Below, in pieces: positions 1-13,126 of a stretch of DNA of 64,000 nt. The first letter of the stretch is position 1. Every line of letters begins with the position of its first letter. Made by a program: the position numbers and the translations under genes. This DNA is from Dimorphilus gyrociliatus. Its lineage: Eukaryota > Animalia > Annelida. The stretch is from contig CAJFCJ010000006.1 in the NCBI GenBank assembly GCA_904063045.1, positions 1,183,771 to 1,247,770 on the forward strand, written 5' to 3'. Under the pieces are notes generated by a model that searched no databases, was not told where the DNA came from, and saw nothing but the letters and a program-made list of their open reading frames with translations.

Positions 1-1458
1 CATCTACTCCTAATAGATCATACCAATATTGCGAAGGACCATATCGCCAAGGTGCAATATCTGAATTATCTTTTTCTTGAGCAGATTTTTTATCGTTTGA
101 TAGAGACTTCTTTTCTATTGGTTTTAACATAAGTTCCTGAAATATACAAATAAACGTCTTTTAAATAAGATTTTTTTTAATTCATATTGTACCATATCAT
201 CTTCTGCAAGTTCCTCGGGTTTTGGAATTTTTCCAACTAAACTATCACTACTCCATTCCCAAGTGAAAAGAGGATCTTCAGTCTCCTCTTTTTCTCCAAT
301 GGATTTTTTATCTTTATTGGGGTTTTTGTATAATTTTGGCATGTATTGCGGCTTGAAGAGACGTGTAAATCGCAATACTTTGCCATCCTCAAACTCTGGA
401 AAGAGTTGTCGCACATCGATGTCCTTGTATTCATCAGGCAAGAGATCAGATAGAGGTTTTTTATCAGGACTAGTTTGTCTCATTGGAGACTCTTTTCGAG
501 GTCTCCAATTGGGAGGGGGCATCAAATCACTATCGCCTTTATTCTCAATATGTTCATCTACTTCTACTATATCCTTCTCTTCTCTTACTTCTACAGCCTC
601 ATCAATATTTGAATAATCTTCAGCATCGTCTTCAGCTTTCACTTCACCTAAAGTAAAAAAGATATTAAACAAAGTTGAAAAGTAATTATCTTACGAAGGA
701 AAAAGAAAATGTAGAAGTGAAATTTTTTGTCATTATGAGAATGAACTAAAATGAATAAATTGAAATACAATATAAGTTGAATAAATTGTACCTTCATTCT
801 GTTTTGTTTGCCAGTCTGTATTGTAACCATCATCATCTTCTTCTTGAGTGATCTCTCTTAAAGGGGAGGAAAATCCGAGTACATTTAAACCATCTAAGTG
901 TTTTCTGCTATCCTGCAAATAATAATACAATCTATCGATAATTCTTATATACGTGTATTTCCTATTGATAAAATTGTTACACATAAATTCAACCTATTTG
1001 CATAATCATATGAAATATCCAATTGAGTGTTCAGGTTGTTAGGAATTTTTATTTAAGAAAAAGCAAATAGGAATTGAATAATTCAGACAAAATAACCAGA
1101 GGAGAAATTGAGATGTAAAAGATGTATAAGAGATAAATATATTGATGTTTGAATCACTTCATTATCAATATTTCATTACGAGAAATATACTCTTCCTCTA
1201 TAAACATTGATAAAAGATTTCAGTGTTTGAAATTATTTGGTATCTCTTGAAATTTGAAAAAATTAAATGAAAATTTCTAGCAATAAGTTTTATAGCGTTC
1301 TAAAAATCCATGCATCTTATATTTATGCATAATTCTATAACAAACATAAAAATAAATAAAAAATTTACGTCGTCGAAAACATCGTTCTCTAATTCTCCTT
1401 TCTCATCAATACTCCCAAAGAGAAAACCAGTCAGATTTAATTTTTGAAAATTTGACAT
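1..1458 (-). CDS. TAF1: Transcription initiation factor TFIID subunit 1, 5' part (runs off window start)
   Basis: Exons 1458-1369, 912-792, 647-193 and 136-<1, joined by in-frame GT-AG introns. They translate to TAF1 motifs: LTGFLFGSIDEKGEL (TAND), KHLDGLNVLG, EDYSNIDE, LFPEFEDGKVLRFTRLF and WRYGPSQYWYDLLGV. Confidence 0.93.
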
Positions 1459-1768
1459 TTTTCAATTATTAGAAAACTTCATAATTTCCCCGTTAGGATC
1501 GAGTTTTTAAAGGATACCATCCCCTCCAAGCACACATGAGCGATAATATAGTGTACTGATACATGGAGTTTATAGTACAAGCGAAAGGGACGCGTTCCTC
1601 GTTTTCGAAAATTCTCTAAAATAATAATTATTATAAAAATATTAAACGTTTCTGGAACGAGATGTATAAATTTTATACGAAAACTGATCTCTCCGTGTCT
1701 TTGTTCACTTATTATCACTCATTTTATATTTCGGTATTTTTGCTTTTATGTAACTTAAAGAAAAACAG
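1459..1768. promoter_or_regulatory. Putative bidirectional promoter between TAF1 and RBM7
   Basis: Start codons diverge 310 bp apart; inferred from geometry only. Confidence 0.5.
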
Positions 1769-2458
1769 ATGTCAAATATATCTCCCTCAGTTCCCTCTCT
1801 ATTGTCAAATTCTATTGAGTCAGAGGTCGATCGAACTTTATATGTTGGAAATATTGATGAAAAAGTCACTGAAGATTTGTTATATGAATTGTTTGTTCAG
1901 GTGGTATATCTAACAAAGTTACTTAATTAAATACAGAATTCTATAATTAAAATAACAGGCTGGTCCGCTTGAATCAGTCTGCATACCACCCTCGAAAGAA
2001 AATGAAAGAAAGAAAACATATGCATTTGTATGTTACAAACATGCCTGTTCCGTCCCCTACACTATTCAGATAATGACTGGAGTACAGTTATTCGATAAAA
2101 CATTAGCTCTTCAAGTAATAACATTTTACATATATAAATATGCACTAAGTACATTTTTTCATAGTATCGACCTCAGTCAATTCACGCAAGATTTGAAAGA
2201 AATAGTCAGTCGTCATTGCAAAGATCTTTCTCCGCACCAGGTGTTCAATTTCATCAAAACTCTCCTATGCATGTCACTCAACTTCAAGCCTTCAATAATT
2301 CTTTTCGATCAGTGATGCTAGGTTCTCAGACCGTGAGGGATGAACAAAGGGACCGAGATTATCGATCATACGATGAAGATAGAAGATCGAGGGATAATAA
2401 TAGATATAGGGAAAGAGATAGATCAAGAAGCAGAGAAAATCGCTATCACAGATATTAA
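1769..2458 (+). CDS. RBM7: RRM protein RBM7/RBM11-like with RS/RD-rich tail
   Basis: Exons 1769-1900, 1959-2114 and 2165-2458. RRM reads [28 protein letters not shown]...YAFVCYKHACSVPY, matching RBM7 (RTLFVGNL...ELFHQAGPV...SVPYA). Confidence 0.85.
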
Positions 2459-2663
2459 ATTTTAGTGATATACATTGTATATATTATATGTGTGTTCTTT
2501 GTTCTAATAGAACAAATCCAAACCAAAGCTTAAAAAAAAGCTTAAAAGCTAGTGACATAAATTTGCATGCTTTAACAAATAACGTAATTTTATAAATTAT
2601 TAAAACGCTGAACGCGATCAGGTTAAAAGTTTGATTATGCGGCAGATTGTGGCACAATTAGAA

Positions 2664-3215
2664 TTATTCTTCGATTCTTGTTTTCGCCACCCTCTTGGCG
2701 TGAGTTTTCTCCCATGTGTTCATCCAAATCGGAGCAGACCAGACAACCCATATCAATATAAAAAACACAAAAATGGCGATAAGCGGTCTTTTTCCAGGAG
2801 TCCTTGTAAACAAAGTTGGTAAAATGGTTATTCTGGATCCTTCCTGACCAGTCGAATTAATAAGAATATAGAGGAAGAGAATAAGAACGATTATGACAGG
2901 AATAACATACATAGCTGACATATCGACCAAGTAGACCTGTAGAAATAGACAACGATTTTTAATACTAGAATTTTTTTAATTAGATAATAAAGAAAACTAA
3001 TATGAAATTATGTAATTGAAAATAAATGATAATTCATTAAAAAATAAAAATATTGCCAGTAAAACACGAAAAGCGTGCAAAAAAAAAAGACGTCGCTTAA
3101 ATGTATAGACAACACTACAGTATGCCTTAGGTCTTGTTGACAGTTGAGCATTATCGCTGTATTGTCGTACTTGAATTTCGTCGCTATCGAATTTTGATCG
3201 TTTCGGGACCGTATG
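2664..3215 (-). CDS. Probable terminal exons of the hexosaminidase encoding two hydrophobic helices (or a separate small membrane protein)
   Basis: Phase-0 acceptors at 3215 and 2936 fit the phase-0 donor after DLAK (3325). ORF 2664-2936 encodes YVIPVIIVLILFLYILI and LIAIFVFFILIWVVW. Confidence 0.5.
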
Positions 3216-3324
3216 CTACGGCAAGAAAAATTGTTTTTTTTGTTTTTTTTTCAATTTTCTTTTCTTGTTTTTTTTTTCAACTAATCACTCACGACATCAC
3301 ATTTTGGGATATATTTCTATTTAC

Positions 3325-5831
3325 CTTTGCTAAATCTTCTCTGTCCGATTGAATATCATCATCTGAGCGAAACTTGAATAAATCAACTCCTTTTCGTTGT
3401 CTTTGCGGACTAACAACGTCATTTTCATTTCTCTTTGCTCCTGGACCAGGACCCATGCTCGGACAGCTTCCTGGTCCAGATAGAACACCAACTGGTATTC
3501 CTGTGGCTAACATTCGACATCTTTGCATTTCAATTCGAGGAGCTGCTGCTTGCACATCTCGTACTCTCTTATCGCTCCATAATCTCTCAGCAGCAGCTGA
3601 TGCTCTGGGCCTATTAAAAGATGATAAAGAATATAGAGAAACATATAAAAGTGATTTAAGGCTTATAAAATAGATTAATCAATATGCTAAAGTGCACCAA
3701 TAGAAAAATTGCAATTACTGGCGAACGATATATATTGAAACAGAGAATTATAGAGGCAGCTGGAGAGTGAAAAAATCATTTAAAAAGTAAACAAACCATA
3801 ATCTCGATAAAATATTTTCGTTGTCAACGTATTCCGTCCACATGCAAGCTTCCCCTCCAATCAACAATGATATGTTTTTTATGTTCATATCATCGATTAC
3901 AGCAGGATCTAATTGTTCACATAAATAGTATTTATCCCAATCAACACCAGTATTTATATAGTCCAAATACCAGCAAGTCGAATAAATTGCTCTCAGACCA
4001 GAATTTGTTACCCTTTCAATATCAGTAGCATCGCCCATCCAAATCTCAATAATTGTATCCGGATGAATTTTAAGACCATTATCAAATACTTCTTGCCAGA
4101 CCACATAGCTACTCCCGGTTGCTCGTTTACTCCCTAGGTCATTAATAATATCAAATAGTCTGCAGAGTCATTAAAATATGATTAAAAGGTATTTAAACAA
4201 TAAGTTAACAATTTACTTCTTTTCATAAATTCCTAACAATTGACGAGGATTAGTTATATTATTTCTCTTCATAAAATTGCTGATTTGGGGGTTGAAACTC
4301 CTTTTCAAATGATAATTATACAGTTAAGTTATAATTAATTGATTTATTTAAAATAATCCTTACCAGCAATCGAAAGGCACTTCGTCTCCACCTAAGTGAA
4401 TATATTTATCTTTAAAAACTGTTAACACTTCGGTGAAAAAGTTCCTTAGAAAGTTGTATGTGCCTCGAAGTATGGGATTAATTGGTCCGAACATCTCAGT
4501 TAGTTCATTAGTATATCTGCAATTAATGCAACGAAAATATACTGATTACAGTAACCGTATAGTAAGACAAAATAAAAAACCTACAAGTCATAGCAAGGGG
4601 TTAAAAGAAAATCTTGGCCCAAACCCCAGCTCCATGTATGGCCTGGCGTATCAAATTCCGGTATAACCCGGATTCCTCTCAATCTTGCTTCTTCTAGAAT
4701 TTCAGCCACGTCTGCTGGGCTATAAATATGGTGTTTAGAGTAAGCGCCCATTCTTGTCAGATTTGGATAATTCTTTGAGTAGAAGGGAAAGCTTTGATCG
4801 TCTACAATGTGCCAATGAAATACATTCATTTTATTCTGAGCCATCGCTTCAAGATTCATTATAATTGTCTCTTTTGTTAAAAAGTGTCGTGACGTATCGA
4901 GCAGAATGCCTCGATGAGGGAAACGAGGAAAATCGTTTATAAGTGTTCGATGAATACGATAAATATTATCAGATGATCTATAAACCAATTGACTAAAAGT
5001 TTCCAATCCCTTTAATGCTCCCCAAACCTCCCTTGCAATTATAGACGCTCCAAAACGCCTAACTTCCAGATCATAAGCCTCGTCCATTGCAAGCGAAGGC
5101 CATTTCGAACAAGGTTTTAAAACTGTAACATTTAATTGACGTAATTCTTCATCAACCTTGTCATTCAAATTTTGACGTTCATAACCATCGCTTTGAACTG
5201 AACCATGACCAAACATATTTTTCCTAATTCTTCTGAAAGCGAATCTTAGTATATCGCAGGTCTCACCAGCAGCGTGAATTGTAAATGAATCAGGCTAAAT
5301 GAACACATTATATAAACAAATGACTTTTCCTAATATGGAAAATATATCAAATCAATATACCTGAATAAAAAACTCTTGTTCAAACGTATCGTATTGTTGA
5401 GGGAGGGGCCAAGGACTACCCTGTGCTGGATTTGGTCGCAATCTTAAAGGAAATCTTGGATCCGCCGACAATTTTAAAGCATAAGAACGAGATTCTTCAA
5501 ACCAGATCACGTCCTTCTTATGTGCATTCAAAGGCCTTGGAGGTAATGTTGGTCTCCTATGACGCCGTCTCTTCTTTTTTCTGCGCCGATTTTCTCCATC
5601 AGAATTAAGTGGCTTTCTAAAACTGGGCTTAACTCTTAAATTGTCATGGTCTACTGAGTATAACTGATCTATTGAAATAATACAAGTATAATAAATAATA
5701 TAAACTTTTCCAATGTATCATTTACCATCTATTGTAAGTAGATCCTTTGCGCCATTACCTTCAGTATATGTGTATAAGACATTGGTCAATAGAAAAATTG
5801 CGGTTAAAATAAAGATGTTGATTTTCGTCAT
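3325..5831 (-). CDS. HEXB: Beta-hexosaminidase (GH20), HEXA/HEXB-like; C-terminus probably continues to 2664
   Basis: Signal peptide [15 protein letters not shown], then [48 protein letters not shown], catalytic [19 protein letters not shown] and [12 protein letters not shown], in a multi-exon GT-AG structure. The YLD motif is beta-like. Confidence 0.92.
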
Positions 5832-6321
5832 TATTTTGACAATCTGTAGAGATAGAATTTTAAGATGAAAGTTTGGTAGATATAAATATATATACTGTAT
5901 ATATACAGTATATAGATATGAAAACGTCAATTTTAAACAAATAATTTTGTTAGGCCTAGTTATGAATTATTCTTTTTTTTTTACCGAGTTTACAAAAAAA
6001 TTGGGTATCATCATATGATTGCTGCATTTTCTCACCTCAGTAAAATCTTAAAATACTTCTTTAAAAATACTGTCCGTTAGATACAAACGATTAACGTCGA
6101 CGAATAGCATTATTGTTTATTTATGCATGGGGTTTTTCATAGTATGAAAAAACCCTCCATGATCACTAGAGCTTGTTAGGACATCTACCGACTGGTTACA
6201 AAGTTACTATTGTATTTAGATAATATGAGTTCTCAATGTTAGAGGGCGCCATGAACGTAATATTGAATTCGCTTTGTAAACAAGACAACCTCTCTCATAG
6301 TAATGTGTACTGATAACAAAG

Positions 6322-8088
6322 ATGGCGGACAACAGGGAGTCTTTCTTGGTCGATTTATCCTATGCAGAAAATGTAATTTTCAATAATCTATGGAAGCAAA
6401 AACAAAATAATAATTTCTGTGATGTTATTATCAAAGTCTTTAATCATACTGAAAGCGCTCATGGCAATCTACTGGCAGCTACTTGCATCTACTTTAAAGA
6501 TTTCTTTTCTGAGGCTGATCTCTCACTATTCGCTCCCTCGAGCCCGCAAATTTTACAAATTCATTCAGATTCTTGGGACGTAGAAAAGTCTCTACAGTAT
6601 GAGGAGGGTCTTGCATCATTAGTAGAATTTTTATATAGAGGTCAATTACTGATTAGTTCAAAAAATGTTGGAATCGTTTCAGAGTTAGCTGGAATTCTCG
6701 AATTGAAACATATTGTAGACTTTTGTAGGAGCTTTGAATCTAATGAGCAACATCCTCAAAGATGTATTTGTAAGGGAAACAATCTTTTTGATACTATCAC
6801 AAAAACGGTTGATGCTGCAACTGATACAAATGATGAAAACGGTTTGCCTTTAAAGTCTGTTGTTGAGTTGGGAGTTGTACCAGCAAGAAGAAAGAGAGGC
6901 AGGCCAAGGAAAGGAGAGGAAGTAAATCCAAAACTTGGAGTAGGTCGAGACGATGAATCAGATAAAGATTTTAAAATAAACGATAATCGCATCGACTGCG
7001 ATCAAATTGGCACAAGAAGAAGCTCTAGACGCCATAAACCAACTATGAAATCAAGTAGTGAAGAAGAAGTTAATATTAAAGAAGAACCCGTCCTAAGATA
7101 TAGAAGTGAGGCAGCAGAAATCAGTATTGAAGAGATTGACGATCCATCATTAAGAAAAATCAAATATCAATGCGAAGAATGCTCATTTGTGTGCGAGAAA
7201 AGATATGATATGGATGAGCATATGCGGCTTCATATTATCGACACAAATAAGTGCCCATTTTGCTTCGCTGACTTTTCATCTGTTGATGAAGTAAAACAAC
7301 ATTTAGCAGACAATCATAAAGGCCCTGATAGATTCCAGTGCCGCGAATGTTCTACTTGTTTCCCTACAATTAGACGATTACAATTGCACTTGCCTAAACA
7401 CTCATCTAATCGCCCATTCGCCTGTGAAATTTGCAATTCAGCATTTAAGTGGAAGCATCAGCTAAAAGTTCACTATAAAGTTCATAGCGGTGACAAACCT
7501 CATTTATGCGATGTTTGCGGCTACGCAACAGCTTATCCCGCCCAACTAAGAGCTCACTGTCTAGTTCATTCTGGTAAAACATTAAGGTGTCCAGTTCAAG
7601 ATTGTAATTTTCAGACAATAAAAAAACAAAATTTAAGTGGACACATGAAAACCCACTCAAAAGAAAAGCCATACATTTGTGATAGTTGTGGACAATCGTT
7701 TTCCTTACAAAAGAATCTCAAGCGACACATGTACGTGCATACAAACGAAAGACCCTATTTTTGCTCGATTAAAGACTGCGATTTCTCTTGTACAAGAGCA
7801 GATAAATTGAAAGAACATGAATTTAGAATACATCGTATTGGAAAAGCTCCAAATCCAAGACCAAAAATATCTGAATTGGTCGCGAAGGACAATATTACGA
7901 AAACGACTGTAAAGGATCTCGATTCAGTTGTTGCACCACTTACATGCGTTCCCGAAGGAAGCGTTATTCATGTATTCGATCGGGATAACGTACAAGATAC
8001 TCCAGTAGTTTATAGGGTAGAGGAGGAAAGTATGAATCATGCTTCTACTTCAAAAGAAGAGCATGAAGTCATGTTTGATAATCTTTAA
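6322..8088 (+). CDS. Intronless BTB/POZ, AT-hook, 8x C2H2 zinc-finger protein (ZBTB family)
   Basis: 588-aa ORF with N-terminal BTB (FCDVIIKV...AHGNLLAATCIYF), AT-hook RKRGRPRK, eight C2H2 fingers and TGEKP-like linkers (SGDKP, SKEKP, TNERP). Confidence 0.93.
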   Translation: MADNRESFLVDLSYAENVIFNNLWKQKQNNNFCDVIIKVFNHTESAHGNLLAATCIYFKDFFSEADLSLFAPSSPQILQIHSDSWDVEKSLQYEEGLASLVEFLYRGQLLISSKNVGIVSELAGILELKHIVDFCRSFESNEQHPQRCICKGNNLFDTITKTVDAATDTNDENGLPLKSVVELGVVPARRKRGRPRKGEEVNPKLGVGRDDESDKDFKINDNRIDCDQIGTRRSSRRHKPTMKSSSEEEVNIKEEPVLRYRSEAAEISIEEIDDPSLRKIKYQCEECSFVCEKRYDMDEHMRLHIIDTNKCPFCFADFSSVDEVKQHLADNHKGPDRFQCRECSTCFPTIRRLQLHLPKHSSNRPFACEICNSAFKWKHQLKVHYKVHSGDKPHLCDVCGYATAYPAQLRAHCLVHSGKTLRCPVQDCNFQTIKKQNLSGHMKTHSKEKPYICDSCGQSFSLQKNLKRHMYVHTNERPYFCSIKDCDFSCTRADKLKEHEFRIHRIGKAPNPRPKISELVAKDNITKTTVKDLDSVVAPLTCVPEGSVIHVFDRDNVQDTPVVYRVEEESMNHASTSKEEHEVMFDNL

Positions 8089-8369
8089 GCTCTCAGTGTT
8101 TATTTTTTTACTTGAAAATTTTTAATTGATAAAAACTATCAATTGTTCTTTGCATACATCTCAGTATTAATTCTTTAATGAATGCTTTAAAAAAGAGAAC
8201 ATAGTGGAAACGATTTCTATTCTTCCATTTAAAGCAAAATATACACACTGCTGTATAATGGTAAATAAATGAATTTTTCAGTTTGTTACTATTTTTTTAT
8301 TTAGTTTATGAACAATTTTTTATCATAAATTACTTAATTTGAAACTAATAGCAAAAAGGGAAGAAAGTA

Positions 8370-11300
8370 TTATGTATATTCAAGACTATCTGATAGAACC
8401 CATTGAAGAGTACCACAATCACGGCCTCCAATGGTAAATACGTATTGGTCGTTGGAAGAAAATTCTATAGCCCTTATTGACTCTGAATAGGGTCTCCTTT
8501 CGTCAAAATTCGCTTTTTTAGATGAGCACGGATATTTGTATAATCGCAATGAACCGTCAGAATTTCCAGTTATAAGTAGCTTCTTATCATTGCTCGTGTT
8601 AGCTGCGCTAACATTAACATCAGGCATGAGCTTTTTCCAAGCTCCTATGACTCTTGCGCCTATTGTACACCTGTGCTTCACCCATTCATTCTCAACTATA
8701 GATTGGGGATCTACCGAGAGCATTTGATCAGTATCCCAAAATATAACTTCAAAGTCCTTAGATTCTGTTTGAATATATCTACTATTTGTTGACCAATCTA
8801 AATTAAACACGGCCGCCTCATGGCCGTCTAGAATTCCCTTTCTAGCCCTCCTTCTATAAACGACTGCATCGTCTAAAACGTCGAATACATATACACTTGC
8901 ATTATGGCAAGCTAAAGCCAAACGATTTCCATCCGGTGAAAAAGCCATGGAATCAAGATGATCATGCGACACTTGAAAGGAGGATAAATGTTCACCAGAA
9001 TCGGTACTTAATATTATTAACCGGCCTTGCCCCGTTCCTACGGATAACACTCGGCCAGTTGGATCGATTGCCAAGGAGGAGCAAGGAAACTCAACATGGA
9101 CTTTCCATATCATTTTTTTATCATCAGCAGACCATTTGCAAATAAAAGAATCTTGACCAGCGGTAAAGAAAGATAACTCTGAGGGGCTTGACACTATAGA
9201 TGTAACCGGATTGTGGTGTCCGTGTAAAACAAAGGAAAGTTTATCTTGAAGAGATCCTTCAAGAAGACACGATTTAGCAGTAACCACAAATATTGCACCG
9301 TCCATTGATCCTTGTACTCTTGTAACTATACTTCTAATAGGCCCCGCTGCTTCGGGTATTAGTCGTTCTTTGACCATATTATAACCAGCCGACGAATCCC
9401 AAGCTCTGATCTCATTTCCTGCGCTCGATAGGAGTGTTCCATCAGCAGACATAAATAAGGCCGTAATTGGCTTTGGGGAATGAGCTCTTAGTAAATCTTT
9501 ACTAATTTCCTCATTAATCGAATAGACATCTGAATCATTCTTACTCCAAATCAATAAACGACCTTCGGAATCAGCAGTAATTACTTCTCCATTAGGAGAA
9601 AACGAGATAGCCGTAACATTGGAAGGAGGCGAAGCAAATTCATTACTAAATATACCACTTTCCTTATCTCTAAGCAGTCGATATGTATTTTCTTCGTCAG
9701 AGAATAATTTCCAAAAGTGAACATGTTGACGTCCATATGTAACAACGAGGCTGGGATCGTGAGGGTGAAAAATAGCTGATACAGCCGCAATCTCTCCCGA
9801 TATCTATTGGAAAAAGTAATAAAGTATAGGTAAAGACTTAGATGTATAGCTAATTTCAATGTTATCTCTTGAGAATTCTGTTCAACAAGAAACATTTCTA
9901 TAAAAAGGGGAAAGGTCTTTCTTTATAAATTTAGCTAAGGATGTGAAGAGATATTTCTCTAACGTTTCGTGACAATGAGAGAAATATCCCGCAGTTTAAA
10001 GTGTAAAGGAGAACAATTAGGGATAAAATATAGACATTAGAACAGTCCCATCGCAACATTTCATTCCCTTCCAATAACTCAGTGGGATTGCTTTATAACG
10101 CTTAAAAAAGGATGAATTAGCTTTTATGTCCGTGTTGTGATGGTGCGACATCAATTAATCTTAATTAGTATGCATGCGTGAAGATAGATTATCGCATTCC
10201 TATTTATTATGGCTACCTGTATTGTTTCTTCAACCTACCAATAGCATCTTATACTTAACTAGCAGAGTCGAGTCGTTAAAAGTCGTTAAAAGACCAATCC
10301 AGCTATCAAGCTGGTTTTTTTTTAAGGTAATGTTAAATAAGGCGAACGACAAGTGAACTTTTTAATAAGCTTACCATCGTCCTAACGAGCAATTCATTGT
10401 TCTGCCAATCCCAAATCAATAGAGTATGTTTGTCAGAAGAATCGACTATTAGAAGTAAACCGGATGACGATAATTGGAGGCTTGTTACGTTGCCCTGGAG
10501 AATACCCTCGCCGACAACGCTGTAGGTAGCCATAGATCTAGCATCCCATATCCGAACTAATGGCTCTAATGATTGACCGGAAGCAATGTAAGGTTGTAAA
10601 TTATCTGGATGCAAGGCTATACAGCATATTGGGGATGTATGTGCGGTAAAAAATCGTTGGGTATCTTTCTTTTTATCGTAAACTACAGCAATATTTGAGA
10701 CATAATAGACTAATTCTCCTGTCGAAAGGACATGAAGTGGGTTTCTTGAAAAAGCATTTAGACCATAAACCCAATCAAGTTTTAGTCTCTTAGCAGGTTT
10801 AGACAGGTCCTGTTTGTCTTTTAGACGTTTTGGGCAATAGAATTCCCGCTCTTCGCCATTTATTTCCGCTCTAATAGTTTCATATTCATAATTGTAGGGT
10901 TGTGGTGTCACTTCAGTCATTGACATTTCTACATCCTCCCAACGGTCAATGGGCGGTGACATGTGTTTTTGTTTGTTGGCTCTGAACTGCTGAAGGTAGG
11001 ACTGCTTAGGAACCATCCGAGATGCGTCATGTTCAATTTGACTAATCTCTTTCGGTATACCTTCACTTCCACAAACAATAAACGCTGTATTATGCTTAAG
11101 GTCTCTCAACAATTGAGAATAGCTTTCGACATTCCTATAAGGCGGTTCAGCCGTATACAAGGCAATTGCTGGGGGATAAGTTAAATCTACCATACTCCCC
11201 AAATCAGACAATAGTTCATTAAAGTCTTGAATAGTCTTTGGATTTAATAGAACAGTTTGTCTAGATGACCTTTTCGTGTTGCTAATAATAACTAGCTCCC

Positions 11301-11806
11301 GAGGTGTCGAATTAACACTACGAATCGAATTCGCTCTTGACGACGCCTGACTAGTTTGTATGGATCCATAATCCAATAGGTTTTGTTCGCCCTTTCGAAA
11401 TTTTGCAGGTGTTGGCCGTCTATTATTCCAGTGTCCTTCCTTTGAAAATCCATAATCAACATCTAAAAAAAATAGTTCATTAACAGATAAGAGTTATTTT
11501 TTATAGAAATAAAAATGTCGTATTATCTTTACCAATAAACTTCCTTACACTCGATACAACGAATGCTCCTCCTCTTGTAAAATCACTAATGTCTCTTACT
11601 AATTTAGCATTTGGTAATGAAAATATATATCGAACACCAGCTGTAGTTGGTATTTTATCATTTAGCCATACCAATAAAGTTTCTAAATTATTAAAATGTT
11701 TGGTGCTGACGGCAGTAGTTAGACCTTTGTAATTACAATCTCCATTTCTAAAGAATGTAGCCAGATGACCTCTTCTGAATGATGTTTGTTCGTTTCCGTT
11801 TTTCAT
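8370..11806 (-). CDS. DCX-EMAP: tandem doublecortin domains, HELP motif and WD40 (TAPE) repeats
   Basis: DCX1 FFRNGDCNYKG...GVRYIFSLP; DCX2 LVIISN...VLLNPKTIQDF; HELP PAKRLKLDWVYG; EML-type WD repeats (GHEAAVFNLDWS, LRLYKYPC). Introns about 11410-11516 and 9806-10374. Confidence 0.88.
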
Positions 11807-12612
11807 TTCCTCATTATCCTCGTAATAGCTACCAAAAATCTGAAGAGAGATAAAGAGAAACAAAAAAAAATTAGAGACGGTATTTACAGATTTTACGAGC
11901 AGAAAATCCTATTTTCTTAAAGAAAAATCAGAAGAAAAGGACTTAATCAATTGATAATTATTATTTTTTTTAAATTTCTTTTGATCTAATTGTTAAACCA
12001 GTCAGTACTTTGTTCTATTAAATCCTTTTATAATAATTGTTGTTGTTGTTTAATCAGTTGTAAATAAAATCGAAAAATTTCTGTAAACAAGACGTTTCGA
12101 TCCGATTATAAAATTCTGTTCGATAAGTTCTTCGCAACTGTTACTAGAAACGCAGAATAGGCCTTAGTTTTCGGCTTATCTAATCGATTCTTGTACGCTG
12201 CTGTCAAATTCGATTATCAGAGGCGCGTTATGGAAGGAAAATAATTAGCCCGTTACCAAGCGTCTAATATTGATCTACATAAGTGAAAAGGTTGAACGTT
12301 ATGATAACATAGGCTGTTATAGATTTATAACAAAATATTTCTATTATATGATATCATAATTTAATTAAGAGATAGGAAAATAGGCAAATAAGGAATGAAA
12401 GCGCTATAATAATTCTCATGGGTTACAGTTAGTGAATTATTCATGCAACACCTTTGGCGTGTATCGATAATCCATGTCAATTTTTTTTATCCGTTTTTAA
12501 AAAAAAACTAAATCCTTCTACCAAAGCTGTGCTGGTTGGAATGCCGACAAATGAACGGACCTCTAATAATCCGATTTATAACACTTTCAATTAAAAAGCC
12601 ATATAGCTCCCT

Positions 12613-12840
12613 TTACGTTTTATCGATCGTCTTATCCGTATTAAAAGTAAAGAGAGTGCATAGCCCTACCTCCTCAGTGTAGTCGTCTTCCTCCTCTTCA
12701 TCATCGTCCTCATCAATTGTTTGTTCATAGCCTCTAACAGGCCGCGGTAACTTTGAACGCTTTTTCAATTCATAAAGGCGTTTTTTCTTTCTAATTATTT
12801 CTGTCATTCTCTTAACTGCTGCAGGATCATCCATTTTCAT
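12613..12840 (-). CDS. Small basic/acidic ORF of unknown function
   Basis: MKMDDPAAVKRMTEIIRKKKRLYELKKR...DEDDDEEEEDD, with upstream TATAAAA and TTCCGG and a possible donor after YTEE. No family recognised. Confidence 0.35.
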   Translation of the reverse strand: MKMDDPAAVKRMTEIIRKKKRLYELKKRSKLPRPVRGYEQTIDEDDDEEEEDDYTEEVGLCTLFTFNTDKTIDKT

Positions 12841-13126
12841 ACTGCGCGACTCGATAGAGCTTTCCCACAATATATTGTTATGTTTTTATACCGGAAATTG
12901 ATCTTTGTCAACGTTGCGCCTTCAGTAGAAATATATAATGAGCTAACTTCGACTCAATTGTACTAGAATAAAAGATTGTATAATGTAAAAGAATTCAACT
13001 TTATTGGACGGAATAATTCATTTTCGATCAAAATTGATAGAGACTCGTCTTATATATCGGTGCAAAACAAAAAAAACCAAAAAGCTAATACTGAATAAAA
13101 AATTAAAACATAAAATTGAAAAGAAG

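Noticed and set aside
9950-9988. 11-bp hairpin in the DCX-EMAP intron preceded by GGATGTG (7SK-like start)
   Set aside because: AT-rich short stem with no further 7SK, snoRNA or miRNA hallmarks.
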